This document shows positions 25,354 through 35,857 of a stretch of 64,000 bases of DNA, in pieces. The stretch is from contig OY970290.1 of assembly GCA_963716205.1 (NCBI GenBank), forward strand, positions 367,417 to 431,416, in the 5' to 3' direction. Source of the stretch: an uncultured bacterium (GTDB lineage Bacteria; Patescibacteriota; Minisyncoccia; Phycocordibacterales; GWA1-40-21). The translations under genes were made by a program, and so were the position numbers. The notes beneath the pieces are model-generated. The model was not told the DNA's origin, made no database searches, and saw only the letters and a list, made by a program, of their open reading frames with translations. Each line of letters starts with the position of its first letter. Position 1 is the first letter of the stretch.

Positions 25354-25745
25354 GCCCGACAATCAAGAATTTTAAAGCCCTTTTTCATGAGGGGCTTTTT
25401 TTATACAAAAAAACCGGCATATTCCAGTTTCAATCGTCTCATTAAATAAAGATGAAGCTGAAAATAATCCGGCTGTCGCGAGATTTCTTATTGGGTTTAA
25501 CCCTGATTAAGAATCGCGATATTTTTAAATACTCGGTTCCCTTTTAACCTGCAGATATATTATCATGTTTATATATTTTGTCAACTACTTTTTAATTTTC
25601 TTTTTCAAATATTAAATATAAGCTTATTTTAAGCCATATTTCCCTATTGTGTATAACCGTTTGACTATTTTTTTATAGAATATAAAATATAAAGAAGATA
25701 AGTCGATTATCATAATAATTATTAGTAATAAATATTATAAATAAT

Positions 25746-25910
25746 ATGAAAGGTACGCTCGTAACACTTGGCATTATTTTATTAATCATTGGAATTATTG
25801 GCATTGCTTCAAGCTATGCCACCGGTTGGATGTGGTTTCTCGTAGTTTTAGGTGTCATCGGTCTTTTGTGGGGTTGGTCAATGAAAGGCAAGGGTACAAC
25901 AACAATGTAA
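25746..25910 (+). CDS. 54-aa two-TM micro-protein (MKGTLVTLGIILLIIGIIGIASSYATGWMWFLVVLGVIGLLWGW...)
   Basis: Not in the ORF track. It is followed by the terminator aaaagcgcccgttacaggcgctttt at 25927-25957. Confidence 0.35.
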   Translation: MKGTLVTLGIILLIIGIIGIASSYATGWMWFLVVLGVIGLLWGWSMKGKGTTTM

Positions 25911-25986
25911 GTAAATTGTTTGCGATCCAAAAGCGCCCGTTACAGGCGCTTTTGATTTGCATATATCCTGTTATAATACACATATG

Positions 25987-26478
25987 AATAATGCCGAAAT
26001 CTACATACGTAATATTATTTTTGGTATTACTGACAGCTTAGTTTCCACAGTCGGTCTTCTCGCTGGTATTGATATTGGCGGTACGACGAGGCATGCGATT
26101 ATCATGACGGGTATTGTCTATGCATTCGTAGAAGCTTTTTCAATGGCAATCGGCAGTTTCCTTTCCGAAGAATCAACCGAGGAATATGAAGTTAAAGGCG
26201 AAGTCTCCGGCATGAAAGCAGTCCTTTCGGGAATAATCATGTTTATTTCTTTTATTGTCGCATCATTTATTCCTATCCTTCCGTATATCTTTTTTAGCTT
26301 CACTGTTGCACTTCTTTTTTCAATATTGTTTTCAATCATCGCGCTCTTTATCGTCGGCATCATTAATGCTAAACTTTCAAAAGTGAACGTAATGAAACAC
26401 AGTTTGAAAATGGTGATCCTTGGCGGCTCGGCGATCGTCATCGGCGTCATCGTCGGAAAATTTATTAAAGTTTCCTAA
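25987..26478 (+). CDS. VIT1/CCC1 family membrane protein
   Basis: ITDSLVSTVGLLAGI..AFVEAFSMAIGSFLSEES is a VIT-family pattern. Confidence 0.5.
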   Translation, partial: NNAEIYIRNIIFGITDSLVSTVGLLAGIDIGGTTRHAIIMTGIVYAFVEAFSMAIGSFLSEESTEEYEVKGEVSGMKAVLSGIIMFISFIVASFIPILPYIFFSFTVALLFSILFSIIALFIVGIINAKLSKVNVMKHSLKMVILGGSAIVIGVIVGKFIKVS

Positions 26479-26487
26479 CAGAATTAC

Positions 26488-27540
26488 ATGTCAATAGAAT
26501 CAACTTCGACAAAAGAAAAAGTTCAAGGAAAAAAAGAAGAAATTATTGAAAATCTTTTTTTATTTTTGAAGGAAAAAAGAGAAAAAGAAGAAAAAGACAT
26601 TGAAGAAAATTTTCCGGAAATCATGAAAAGTCTGCCGAAAGATCTCCGCAATTTTATTGAGGAAGATTTTCAGCGGTTCAAGTCATACAATCTTACCGCC
26701 GAGCAATTACTTTCGGAATTGAAACATGATGTAGAAACAATGAAAATAGCCTACGAAGATAAACGGTTTGAAATTCCCAACGGCAGTTATATGCGTTATG
26801 AAATAAAACACGGCATTGATGAACTGGTTGCAAATTTCAGCGATGAAAAGATAAATTTCATGAAAATAAAAGGTTTGGGAATCATCAGTCTTGATGTCAA
26901 CGGCTTGAAAACCGTCAATGACATGATTAGCCACGAAGCCGGCAATGAATACTTGAGAAGAATCGTGAACGTATTTAAAAAAGGTGCGACGACAAAAGAA
27001 CTTGAAGATAAACGCATCAATGTATTCATTTCTTCAAACGGTGGCGATGAATTTTCAATTATTTTGAGTGATGATGTCAATCTTATGGAAACCGCCGGCA
27101 GATCGACTTTTATAGAAAGTATTTTAAAAAAATATCAAAAAGAAGTCTCTGAAATAGACACCGGCGATCTTATCGATTTTAATAAGCCGGAAATATCCGA
27201 AAAATTAAAAGCATTTATTATTCCGGAAAAATTCAAATTCACCCCGACTATTTCCGGTGGCACCGCATGCATTGAAGAAGTGCTTGTCGGCAACGGATTT
27301 ATTCCCAATGAAACGGCGGGATATTCCGACAATCTTAATTTTATCATCAACAGTCTTTTTGAACTTGCCGACAAGCGAAACAGAGAGGATAAAAATACAT
27401 TCAAGGAAGAGCTTGAAAACAGTGCCGATCCACAGAAAAATTTTTTGGCGGTTTTGCTGAAAAGAAATATTGAAATAGCGGTTATTGAGGAGGAAAATAA
27501 AAAACTGAAGCTTATCGTTGAAAAGCTCAAGAAAAAATAA
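26488..27540 (+). CDS. GGDEF-domain protein (diguanylate cyclase-like)
   Basis: SLDVNGLKTVNDMISHEAGNEYLRR and ISSNGGDEFSIIL (GGDEF motif). Confidence 0.55.
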   Translation: MSIESTSTKEKVQGKKEEIIENLFLFLKEKREKEEKDIEENFPEIMKSLPKDLRNFIEEDFQRFKSYNLTAEQLLSELKHDVETMKIAYEDKRFEIPNGSYMRYEIKHGIDELVANFSDEKINFMKIKGLGIISLDVNGLKTVNDMISHEAGNEYLRRIVNVFKKGATTKELEDKRINVFISSNGGDEFSIILSDDVNLMETAGRSTFIESILKKYQKEVSEIDTGDLIDFNKPEISEKLKAFIIPEKFKFTPTISGGTACIEEVLVGNGFIPNETAGYSDNLNFIINSLFELADKRNREDKNTFKEELENSADPQKNFLAVLLKRNIEIAVIEEENKKLKLIVEKLKKK

Positions 27541-27904
27541 TTCGGTAGCTTCTTTTCTCGTTTCAGGGTATACTGATCAAACAATTTATTGGCATTAATC
27601 ATAATTATTTTTATATGGCAAAAAGAGGCACAACATTGAGTTCAAAAAAAGGAAGATCACATCATTCGCCGAAAACCGCAAAGCGGCTCGATGCAAAAAA
27701 AATAATGATTGCAAAAAAGCTCGCGAGAACGTATGCAAAAATGCACTATTCTAAAAAATAGATTTTTTGAAAAATCGGTTTGATATTTCATCTACTAAAG
27801 CATGGGTGCAAAAACCATATCGTTTTGTATTTTGCAGACCAACCGATAAGATGATAAAATAATACAGCATTCGTATTATTTTATTCATAATAATTTTAAA
27901 AAAT

Positions 27905-28186
27905 ATGGCAAAACAAATTATAAAAAGCGATGGAAACAAGATGCCGATTTTAAAAGCAAAAATCGACCGCGCTATCAGCCGTGCGGCAAATGATGCCAAG
28001 CTCGGTATGGATGAAATCAACAAACTCGTCAGCAAGGTTTCTGATAACATAATGCAGTTTATAGAATCAAAAGACAAAGTTACCACACGCGAAGTAAAAG
28101 AAAAAATCTTATTGGAACTCGATGCAATTGCCCCAAAAGTATCGGAAGAATGGAGAAAGTTTGATCAGAAAAATAATAAAAAATAA
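27905..28186 (+). CDS. ATP-cone domain protein
   Basis: IIKSDGNKMPILKAKIDRAISRA matches the ATP-cone N-terminus (KxDGxxxxFxxxKI). Confidence 0.5.
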   Translation: MAKQIIKSDGNKMPILKAKIDRAISRAANDAKLGMDEINKLVSKVSDNIMQFIESKDKVTTREVKEKILLELDAIAPKVSEEWRKFDQKNNKK

Positions 28187-28194
28187 TTTATTCT

Positions 28195-28800
28195 ATGAAC
28201 AAAATACACAGGACGATTGTTATGATCGCCAAATGCCTTTGGATGCTGTTTCGTCCGATTCCCGCGGTTATCGCAGCGTGCCTCTTATGGTATTTTGTTT
28301 TTTTCAGAAATAATCTCTATTCAAGCGAAAATCTTGAAATTATCATGATTTGGATTTCCGTCTTTGGAATTCTCTACGGTCTTATCGAAGCTGTCATTTT
28401 GACGACGGTCTGGAACGAATACAAAACAATGAGAATTGCCGTCAAGCGGTATGATTTTGACACATTTGTTGATCTGCGCGATGAAGAAATATCCCCTCTT
28501 GTTCACACACTTACGTTTGTTCTCTCCGGAGCAATACTTTTGGCTTTCATGTGCTTGAAATACGTCAGTCTTCAAAGCGGATTGCTTTTTATCGGAAGCA
28601 CGACGTATCTTTTTGTCCTAATCTTTTTTGTTATTTATGAAATTGATGATCCGTGCGCCGGACTTTGGTATATTCGCAATATTCCAAAAGAATGGCTTGA
28701 GATTGATGTAAAAAAGTTCCGCCATGAGGAACGTTATCAAAAAGCCCATCCGCTTTTTTTGGAAAAACATAAGCAAAGATTAGAAAAATATGAGAAATAA
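28195..28800 (+). CDS. membrane protein (201 aa)
   Basis: Four predicted TM segments. Confidence 0.4.
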   Translation: MNKIHRTIVMIAKCLWMLFRPIPAVIAACLLWYFVFFRNNLYSSENLEIIMIWISVFGILYGLIEAVILTTVWNEYKTMRIAVKRYDFDTFVDLRDEEISPLVHTLTFVLSGAILLAFMCLKYVSLQSGLLFIGSTTYLFVLIFFVIYEIDDPCAGLWYIRNIPKEWLEIDVKKFRHEERYQKAHPLFLEKHKQRLEKYEK

Positions 28801-30088
28801 TATCGTTTATAAAGGAGCTGATGAACTTACCTATGAAATACGCGAGATTGTCGAGGTGGCAAAAAAAATAGAAAAAACTGGTGTTGAAATCTTGTGGGAA
28901 AATATCGGCGATCCTGTTGCAAAGGGCGAAAAAATTCAATTATGGATAAAAAATATCGTCGCTGATACGGTAAAAAATAATGATGAAAGTTTTGCCTATT
29001 CTCCGACACGGGGACTTTTGGAAACGCGCGAATACATCGCACGGGAACGCAATCTCGAAGGTGGAATACAAATTACCGCAAATGATATCCTGTTTTTCAA
29101 CGGTCTTGGCGATGCAATTTCAAAAATTTATACGTATCTCAATTCAAAAGCTCGCGTCATTGGTCCGAATCCGGCGTATTCGACACATTCTTCTGCGGAA
29201 GCCGCCCATGCAAGCGCTCCGCATATCACCTATAAGCTTGATCCGCTGAACAATTGGTATCCGGATCTTGCCGATATGCGCGAGAAAATAAAAAACAATA
29301 AACATATCAGTGCGATTCTTGTTGTCAATCCTGATAATCCGACTGGCATGGTCTATCCGGAAAAAGTTTTGAGACAAATCGTCGATATTGCTAAAGAATT
29401 CAAATTATTCATCATCTCCGATGAAATTTATTCAAATCTTTTTTACGGAGTAAATCATAAAAAACTTGCATCTATTATTGGCGATGTTCCCGGACTCGCC
29501 ATGCGCGGCATATCAAAAGAATTTCCGTGGCCAGGCTCGCGATGCGGCTGGGTGGAATTTTATAATACTGATCGCGACAACGATTTTGCACGTTATGCAA
29601 AAACGCTTCTTGATGCGAAGATGCTCGAGGTCTGCTCAACGACTTTGCCGCAAAAAGTTTTGCCAAAAGTGATGAGTGATCCGAGATATTATCCGTATTT
29701 GACCGAACGGAACAAAAATTATCAGAAAAAAGCTGATATGGCTTATGAAATATTCTCGCAAATTCCTGAGCTTATCATTCACAAGCCAAACGGCGCTTTT
29801 TATATGACGATTGTTTTCAAAAATGGAGTGCTCAATGGCAAACAAAGTTTGAAGCCGGCAAATTCGGAGGCGGAAAAAATTGTAAAAGAAATTTCAAAAA
29901 CGGATAAATTGGACAAGCGATTTGTCTATCAGCTTCTCGCTTCAACGGGTATTTGTGTCGTTCCCCTTTCTTCCGGTTTCAATTCGGACTTGTTCGGTTT
30001 CCGTATGACTCTTCTTGAACCCGATGAAATAAAATTCAAAAGAATTGTCGAGACGATAGCCGGTGCGATAAAAGAATATATCCGATGA
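28790..30088 (+). CDS. PLP-dependent aminotransferase, class I/II (alanine aminotransferase-like)
   Basis: ILVVNPDNPTGMVY, IISDEIYSNLFY and SKEFPWPGSRCGW (PLP-Lys region). Confidence 0.8.
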   Translation: MRNNIVYKGADELTYEIREIVEVAKKIEKTGVEILWENIGDPVAKGEKIQLWIKNIVADTVKNNDESFAYSPTRGLLETREYIARERNLEGGIQITANDILFFNGLGDAISKIYTYLNSKARVIGPNPAYSTHSSAEAAHASAPHITYKLDPLNNWYPDLADMREKIKNNKHISAILVVNPDNPTGMVYPEKVLRQIVDIAKEFKLFIISDEIYSNLFYGVNHKKLASIIGDVPGLAMRGISKEFPWPGSRCGWVEFYNTDRDNDFARYAKTLLDAKMLEVCSTTLPQKVLPKVMSDPRYYPYLTERNKNYQKKADMAYEIFSQIPELIIHKPNGAFYMTIVFKNGVLNGKQSLKPANSEAEKIVKEISKTDKLDKRFVYQLLASTGICVVPLSSGFNSDLFGFRMTLLEPDEIKFKRIVETIAGAIKEYIR

Positions 30089-31182
30089 AAAAGAAAAAAA
30101 GTTTTCTTAAAAATTCCTATTTCTGGCTGACACTAAGCTTGCTGTATTTGGTCATTGTCATTATTTTCGGATTTTTTCATATTGAAACTTCTTCTCCGGA
30201 AGCGATTTCAAATATTGTCAAAGATCTTTTTATTCCGCCGAAATATCCTTCTCTTGATAAAGCGGATTATGATCTGCGCATGGACAAGCTTGCACATATT
30301 TTGCCCGCAGATGCTACAAATACTTTGTCGCTTATTTCAACATCAACTGCGAGCTCGACACGCTTGTGGCCCGTTCAGGCGCCATATCCGCTTCCTGGCG
30401 CAATTCTTCCATTCAAACGCATTATTGCCTATTATGGAAACTTTCTTTCAACGGGAATGGGTGTGCTTGGACAATATCCGCCGGATCAAGTATTGAGCAT
30501 GCTTGCTGCTGAAGTTACAAAATGGAATGCGGCGGATCCATCTACGCCTGCTCTGCCGGCAATACAATATATTGCCGTAACAGCCCAAGGATACCCGGGA
30601 GCTGATGGAAAATATCGTGCTCGGATGCCGGATGACCAAATACAAAAAGCAATTTCGATGGCTGCGCAAATAAACGGTATTGTCATTCTTGATGTGCAGA
30701 TTGGGCAAAGCACTTTGGAAGATGAAATCCCTCTGCTTGAAAAATATCTAGAAATGCCGCAGGTGCATCTCGCAATTGATCCGGAATTCGCAATGAAACC
30801 GGGGCAGATTCCCGGAGATCAATATGTCGGCACGATTGATGCGAAAGATATCAATTTTGTCATTGAGTATCTCGCGCAAATAGTGAAGGAATACAATCTC
30901 CCGCCGAAAATTCTGGTTATTCACCGCTACCGGCAGAATATGGTGACAAATTCAAATGAAATTGAAACGATCCCTGAAGTGCAAGTTGTCATGAACATGG
31001 ACGGCTGGGGCACACCAAGCGGTAAAACCGCGATTTATGACGAATATATAAAAGATCAGCCGGTCCAATTCACCGGCATCAAGCTCTTTTATCACAATGA
31101 CACGATCGGGGGCTCGACGATGATGACGCCCGATGAAATTTTGAATTTGACTCCATCGCCAATTTATATCCAATATCAATAG
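30085..31182 (+). CDS. N-terminally anchored hypothetical protein (365 aa)
   Basis: TM anchor followed by a large soluble domain. The start overlaps the upstream TGA (ATGA). Confidence 0.45.
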   Translation: MKKKKSFLKNSYFWLTLSLLYLVIVIIFGFFHIETSSPEAISNIVKDLFIPPKYPSLDKADYDLRMDKLAHILPADATNTLSLISTSTASSTRLWPVQAPYPLPGAILPFKRIIAYYGNFLSTGMGVLGQYPPDQVLSMLAAEVTKWNAADPSTPALPAIQYIAVTAQGYPGADGKYRARMPDDQIQKAISMAAQINGIVILDVQIGQSTLEDEIPLLEKYLEMPQVHLAIDPEFAMKPGQIPGDQYVGTIDAKDINFVIEYLAQIVKEYNLPPKILVIHRYRQNMVTNSNEIETIPEVQVVMNMDGWGTPSGKTAIYDEYIKDQPVQFTGIKLFYHNDTIGGSTMMTPDEILNLTPSPIYIQYQ

Positions 31183-31183
31183 A

Positions 31184-31768
31184 TCATTTTATGCTTCTGA
31201 ATCTCGTCTTATAAATGAGATATCCGATAAAAATAACAACTGGCACAATTGCAAAAAGCCATAACTCGGTCAAAAACTTTTGCCAATAATTCCCCACTAG
31301 ATATCCGGCAAGGGCAAAAAAAAGCACATCGGTCAAATTCCCTAAAATGTCAAAAATGAGGAATTTCCAAAATGGAATTTCAATGAGTCCTGAAACAAAA
31401 TTGACTAGAGGTCCGAACGGTCCGATGATTTTACAGAAATAAATCGTTCCATAAGCATAATTTTCCAAATACTTTTTCACTTTAAAAAAGCCGGCATCTT
31501 TTCTGATGCGAAGAACGTGGAAAACCGCATCGCCATAATGATACGCCAGAAAATAAGCAAAAACGTCGGCGGCGACATTGGTAAAAAACGAAATGACGAT
31601 AATGGCAATTATGTTCATTTTTCCGGCGCTGGCAAAAGCTCCGGCGACAAGAATAATCTCATTGAGCGGCACCGGCACAATGAATGATCCGGAAAAAACA
31701 ATGACGAACAGGGCAAGATACTTGTACGCAATCAGATATGAGGTGAATGAAGAGACGAGAAAAATCAT
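31184..31768 (-). CDS. DedA/TVP38 family membrane protein (paralog 1)
   Basis: VPVPLNEIILVAGAFAS is the DedA signature. Confidence 0.65.
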   Translation of the reverse strand: MIFLVSSFTSYLIAYKYLALFVIVFSGSFIVPVPLNEIILVAGAFASAGKMNIIAIIVISFFTNVAADVFAYFLAYHYGDAVFHVLRIRKDAGFFKVKKYLENYAYGTIYFCKIIGPFGPLVNFVSGLIEIPFWKFLIFDILGNLTDVLFFALAGYLVGNYWQKFLTELWLFAIVPVVIFIGYLIYKTRFRSIK

Positions 31769-31794
31769 TGGAGAAATTATACTATATTAAAAAA

Positions 31795-32388
31795 TTATTG
31801 TGAATCAAGCTTCTTTTTTATTTTTGCCTTATAGATAACATAGATGACAAAAATAACCGTGACGACAATGGTTACAATCCAAATATCGTCAAGAAATACC
31901 TGCCAATAATTCCCTAGTATGTATCCGGCGGCAAAGAAAAATAGTGCGCCGATGCCGTTGCCCAGAAAATCAGCCAGAACAAATTTTGGATACGGAACGC
32001 CAATGAGTCCCGAAAGAAAATTGACATACGGTGCAAATGGTCCAGCAATCCTTGTCAGAAAAACCGTTCCGAATGCATATTGCCTTAAATATTTTTCGAT
32101 ATTAAAAAATTTTCCGCTCCATTTTGGAATAAGCTTGTTGATGACGACTTGCCCATACCGATAGGTCAGGAAAAATCCGAATGAATCGGCGCAAACATTG
32201 GTAACGACGGTCAAAGAAAGCGCACATGGAGCATTTAAATACCCCTGGCTCGCAAATGCTCCCATGGCGGTAATGATTGCGTTTGCCGGAAGTGGTAAAA
32301 GAAAGGATGCGGAAAAAATAATGACAAAAATTGCCCAATATTTATAGAGCAGGATAAAAGACAAAAATGAAGATAAAAATAAAGTCAT
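31795..32388 (-). CDS. DedA/TVP38 family membrane protein (paralog 2)
   Basis: LPLPANAIITAMGAFAS. Homologous along its whole length to the adjacent gene. Confidence 0.65.
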   Translation of the reverse strand: MTLFLSSFLSFILLYKYWAIFVIIFSASFLLPLPANAIITAMGAFASQGYLNAPCALSLTVVTNVCADSFGFFLTYRYGQVVINKLIPKWSGKFFNIEKYLRQYAFGTVFLTRIAGPFAPYVNFLSGLIGVPYPKFVLADFLGNGIGALFFFAAGYILGNYWQVFLDDIWIVTIVVTVIFVIYVIYKAKIKKKLDSQ

Positions 32389-32389
32389 A

Positions 32390-32779
32390 TCAATGAACGG
32401 TAAAATAATCCGAGACGGCTTTTTTTATTTCCGCAATAAATTGAACTTCATTCAGCTTGTGATTATTAACATATTTTGAAATTGGAATTCGTGGATAATC
32501 TGTATCCGAAATAGCAAGCGTATTTTTCAAATAATCGCTCGGCAATGCAAAAATTCTATTAATATAATCGAAGGTCATCCATGAACTTATCAGATCGACA
32601 TTTTGAGCGGTCAAAGCACCGTGATACGTGGCGATTTTCTGCGATAATGCCTTTTTATATACTGCTATGATATGTGCCCGCTCGAGTCGTGCATATTCTC
32701 TCGCGCAAAAAGCAAATGAAAAAATAATAATGATACAAAGAATGATAGCGAGCGGTTTTGAAATCTCCTTTTTATTCAT
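32390..32779 (-). CDS. membrane-anchored hypothetical protein
   Basis: N-terminal TM helix. The gap to the DedA gene is 2 bp. Confidence 0.4.
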   Translation of the reverse strand: MNKKEISKPLAIILCIIIIFSFAFCAREYARLERAHIIAVYKKALSQKIATYHGALTAQNVDLISSWMTFDYINRIFALPSDYLKNTLAISDTDYPRIPISKYVNNHKLNEVQFIAEIKKAVSDYFTVH

Positions 32780-32855
32780 GGCTATATTTTAACACATTTT
32801 TTTAACACAAAAAAGTATATCTTTTCATAAAATTATTTTATATAATTGGCATTCT

Positions 32856-35516
32856 ATGAAAAAAAATAAAAAATATGTGTATGCGTTTGAGGAAGGCAAC
32901 AAGGATATGAAGGAAATTTTGGGCGGAAAAGGCGCTAATCTCGCTGAGATGAAATCGCTTGGCATCAATGTGCCTCCGGGCTTTACCATTACGACTGAAG
33001 CATGCCGGCTTTATTATGAAGTAGGTAAAAAGATCAATACAGAAGTGAAAAAGCAGACTGATCTCGGTCTCGCCGCTCTCGAAAAGAAAATGAAAAAGAA
33101 ACTGGGTGATGCAAATGATCCCCTCCTTGTTTCCGTGCGATCCGGCGCGGCAGCTTCCATGCCGGGTATGATGGATACTATTTTAAATTTAGGACTTAAT
33201 GACAAATCAGTTCTTGGTTTGGCGAAAAATACTGGCAATCCCCGATTTGCATGGGATTCATATCGAAGACTGATGCAAATGTTCGGTTCTGTTGTCATGG
33301 AAATGGAACATTCCGACTTCGAACACATTCTGGAATCAATGAAAGAAACAAAAGGTGCACACTATGATACTGATTTGACCGCAGAAGATTTGAAAGAACT
33401 TGTTATAAAATACAAAGTAAAAATAAAAGAAGTAAAAGGAAAAGAATTTCCGCAGGATCCGATTGAACAAATGTATATGGCGATCAATGCAGTCTTTAAT
33501 TCATGGAACAATTATCGCGCAATCAGATATCGGGAAATAAATTCTATTAAAGGATTGATCGGCACTGCAGTCAATATCCAGTCTATGGTCTTCGGCAATC
33601 TCGGAAATGATTCCGGTACCGGCGTCTGCTTCACGAGAAATCCTTCGACCGGTGAAGCAAAATTCTACGGCGAATATCTGATGAACGCGCAAGGCGAGGA
33701 TGTTGTCGCTGGCATCAGAACACCGCTTGCAGTCTCCGCACTGGCAAAACAGGATCCAAAAATTTACAAAGAGCTCGTCACGACGTGCAACAAAGTCGAA
33801 AAGCATTACAAAGACATGCAGGATATGGAGTTTACTATTGAGCGCGGAAAGTTGTATATATTGCAGGCGCGAAGCGGCAAGAGAACTGCTGCGGCATCAG
33901 TTCAGATTGCTGTTGATTTGGTGAAAGAAAAATTAATCACGCTTGAAACAGCAATTTTGAGAATCGACCCGAATCAGCTTAATCAGCTTCTTCACAAACA
34001 GCTTGATTCGATCGCGCTCGCAAAAGCAGAATCAATCGCACAAGGTCTTCCCGCATCTCCGGGAGCTGCAGTTGGTGAAATTGTTTTTACTGCAAATGAA
34101 GCGTTTGAAAAAGCAAAGTCTGGCCTTGCAGTTATTCTTGTTAGAACAGAAACTTCACCGGAAGACATCGATGGCATGCATTCCGCAAAAGGTATTCTTA
34201 CCGCTAGGGGTGGTATGACATCTCATGCGGCTGTTGTCGCCCGAGGTATGGGCACCTGCTGCGTTGCTGGGTGTTCGGACTTGGATATTAATGAAAAAAA
34301 TAAAACCCTCACAATCAAAAGTAAAGATATAATCTTGAAAGAGGGAGATTTTATTTCTCTAGACGGCTCGACTGGAAAAGTCTATGCGGGTAAGCTCAAT
34401 ACACAGGATCCTTCCCTCTCCGGCAATTTTGGCACACTGATGAAATGGTCTGACAAATTCCGCAAGATCGGTGTAGAAACAAACGCTGACACGCCGCATG
34501 ATGCGGAAGTTGCAAGAAAATTTGGTGCGGAAGGTATTGGTCTTTGTAGAACTGAACATATGTTTTTTGAAGGCGCTCGCATTAAAGCTATCCGTGAAAT
34601 GATTTTGGCAAAGGACTTGGAAGCACGAAAAAAAGCTTTGGCAAAACTCTATCCGTATCAGAAAGATGACTTTACCGGACTTTTTGAAACGATGAATGGC
34701 TTTTCAGTTACCATCCGTCTTTTGGATGCGCCGCTTCATGAATTCTTGCCAAAAGAAACTAAAGATATTGAGGAGCTGGCAAAAGAATTAAATGTCAGCG
34801 TTAAAACACTGGAGGCAAAGATTGCCGACTTACATGAATTTAACCCGATGCTCGGACACCGAGGCTGCCGGCTTGCCATCACCTATCCGGAGATCTACGA
34901 CATGCAGGCAGAGGCGATCATTGACGCTGCTGTTGAAGTGAAGAAAAATAAGAAAGCAAAGGACGTGAAGCCCGAGATTATGATTCCAATTATCGCAACA
35001 ACCAAAGAATTTACTATTCTAAAAGATCGGATTGTCAAAATTGTTGAAGAAAAGATCAAAGCGTCTGGTGTGAAAATTGATTACAAGATTGGCACCATGA
35101 TTGAAGTTCCGCGAGCGGCTCTCATTGCCGACAAACTTGTCCAGGCTGGGGCGCAATTCTTTTCATTCGGCACGAATGACCTCACGCAGATGGGCGCCGG
35201 ACTTTCACGCGATGATGCAGGGAAATTTTTGAAAGAATATGTCGCACAGGATATTTTCGCCTATGATCCTTTTGAAGTGCTCGACCAAGAAGGTATCGGT
35301 GAACTCATCAGAATTGCAGTCAAAAAAGGACGATCAGTAAATAAGAATCTGAAGATCGGCATTTGTGGGGAGCATGGTGGCGAACCAAAAACAGTGGAAT
35401 TCTGCCACCGCGAAGGTTTGAGTTATGTTTCCTGCTCGCCGTTCCGAGTGCCAATTGCCCGCCTTGCCGCAGCGCAAGCAGTGGTAAGAGAGAAAGTTGA
35501 AAAGAAAAAGAAATAA
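32856..35516 (+). CDS. ppdK: pyruvate, phosphate dikinase
   Basis: 886 aa. N-terminal YAFEEGNKDMKEILGGKGANLAEM, catalytic His region GGMTSHAAVVARGMG and PEP-utilising NPMLGHRGCR. Confidence 0.9.
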   Translation: MKKNKKYVYAFEEGNKDMKEILGGKGANLAEMKSLGINVPPGFTITTEACRLYYEVGKKINTEVKKQTDLGLAALEKKMKKKLGDANDPLLVSVRSGAAASMPGMMDTILNLGLNDKSVLGLAKNTGNPRFAWDSYRRLMQMFGSVVMEMEHSDFEHILESMKETKGAHYDTDLTAEDLKELVIKYKVKIKEVKGKEFPQDPIEQMYMAINAVFNSWNNYRAIRYREINSIKGLIGTAVNIQSMVFGNLGNDSGTGVCFTRNPSTGEAKFYGEYLMNAQGEDVVAGIRTPLAVSALAKQDPKIYKELVTTCNKVEKHYKDMQDMEFTIERGKLYILQARSGKRTAAASVQIAVDLVKEKLITLETAILRIDPNQLNQLLHKQLDSIALAKAESIAQGLPASPGAAVGEIVFTANEAFEKAKSGLAVILVRTETSPEDIDGMHSAKGILTARGGMTSHAAVVARGMGTCCVAGCSDLDINEKNKTLTIKSKDIILKEGDFISLDGSTGKVYAGKLNTQDPSLSGNFGTLMKWSDKFRKIGVETNADTPHDAEVARKFGAEGIGLCRTEHMFFEGARIKAIREMILAKDLEARKKALAKLYPYQKDDFTGLFETMNGFSVTIRLLDAPLHEFLPKETKDIEELAKELNVSVKTLEAKIADLHEFNPMLGHRGCRLAITYPEIYDMQAEAIIDAAVEVKKNKKAKDVKPEIMIPIIATTKEFTILKDRIVKIVEEKIKASGVKIDYKIGTMIEVPRAALIADKLVQAGAQFFSFGTNDLTQMGAGLSRDDAGKFLKEYVAQDIFAYDPFEVLDQEGIGELIRIAVKKGRSVNKNLKIGICGEHGGEPKTVEFCHREGLSYVSCSPFRVPIARLAAAQAVVREKVEKKKK

Positions 35517-35571
35517 AATACTAAAAAATGCCTTATTTAAGGGCATTTTTTAGTTATCCACAGTTATATAT

Positions 35572-35602
35572 TTGACAGGTGAACTATCGTTCACCTATAA
35601 TG
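35572..35602 (+). promoter_or_regulatory. sigma-70-like promoter (TTGACA-18-TATAAT) with a Cheo-type LexA box (GAAC tatc GTTC) embedded in the spacer
   Basis: ttgacaggtGAACtatcGTTCacctataat. It lies upstream of the small-ORF + lexA operon. Confidence 0.55.
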
Positions 35603-35641
35603 GTAGTAGTTAAAAGTTATCAGTTTTAAACAATAAACATT

Positions 35642-35857
35642 ATGTCAAAAATAACTTTGGAAAAAACGATACGTGAGGAGTTGCACAAACTCAACAATAT
35701 TATTGACGTGAAAATTCTTAAAGGTCTCTCATATAAACGAGAAGCTTTGAGACACCGTTTCCTCCTCTCCCGCCTCTCCGACATGCATCATTTGAAGAAA
35801 TTTAATTCAAATTGGCTCAAACGAGCAATGAATATAATGGCAACCTTTGTCCTCTAA
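35642..35857 (+). CDS. small hypothetical protein, first gene of the putative SOS-regulated operon
   Basis: 71-aa ORF overlapping the lexA start. Confidence 0.3.
   Translation: MSKITLEKTIREELHKLNNIIDVKILKGLSYKREALRHRFLLSRLSDMHHLKKFNSNWLKRAMNIMATFVL

Noticed and set aside
19071-30088. Alternative genetic code with UGA reassigned, as in some CPR lineages
   Set aside because: TGA terminates well-supported genes. The 19071..19469 stop is embedded in its terminator hairpin. The aminotransferase ends at a TGA overlapping the next start. Protein lengths are normal with standard stops.
33014-34582. Multiple short ORFs on both strands within ppdK, and similar shadow ORFs within typA (45157..46123), xfp (42094..43951), leuS and ftsI
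   Set aside because: They are nested within confidently identified long genes on the opposite strand or an alternate frame.
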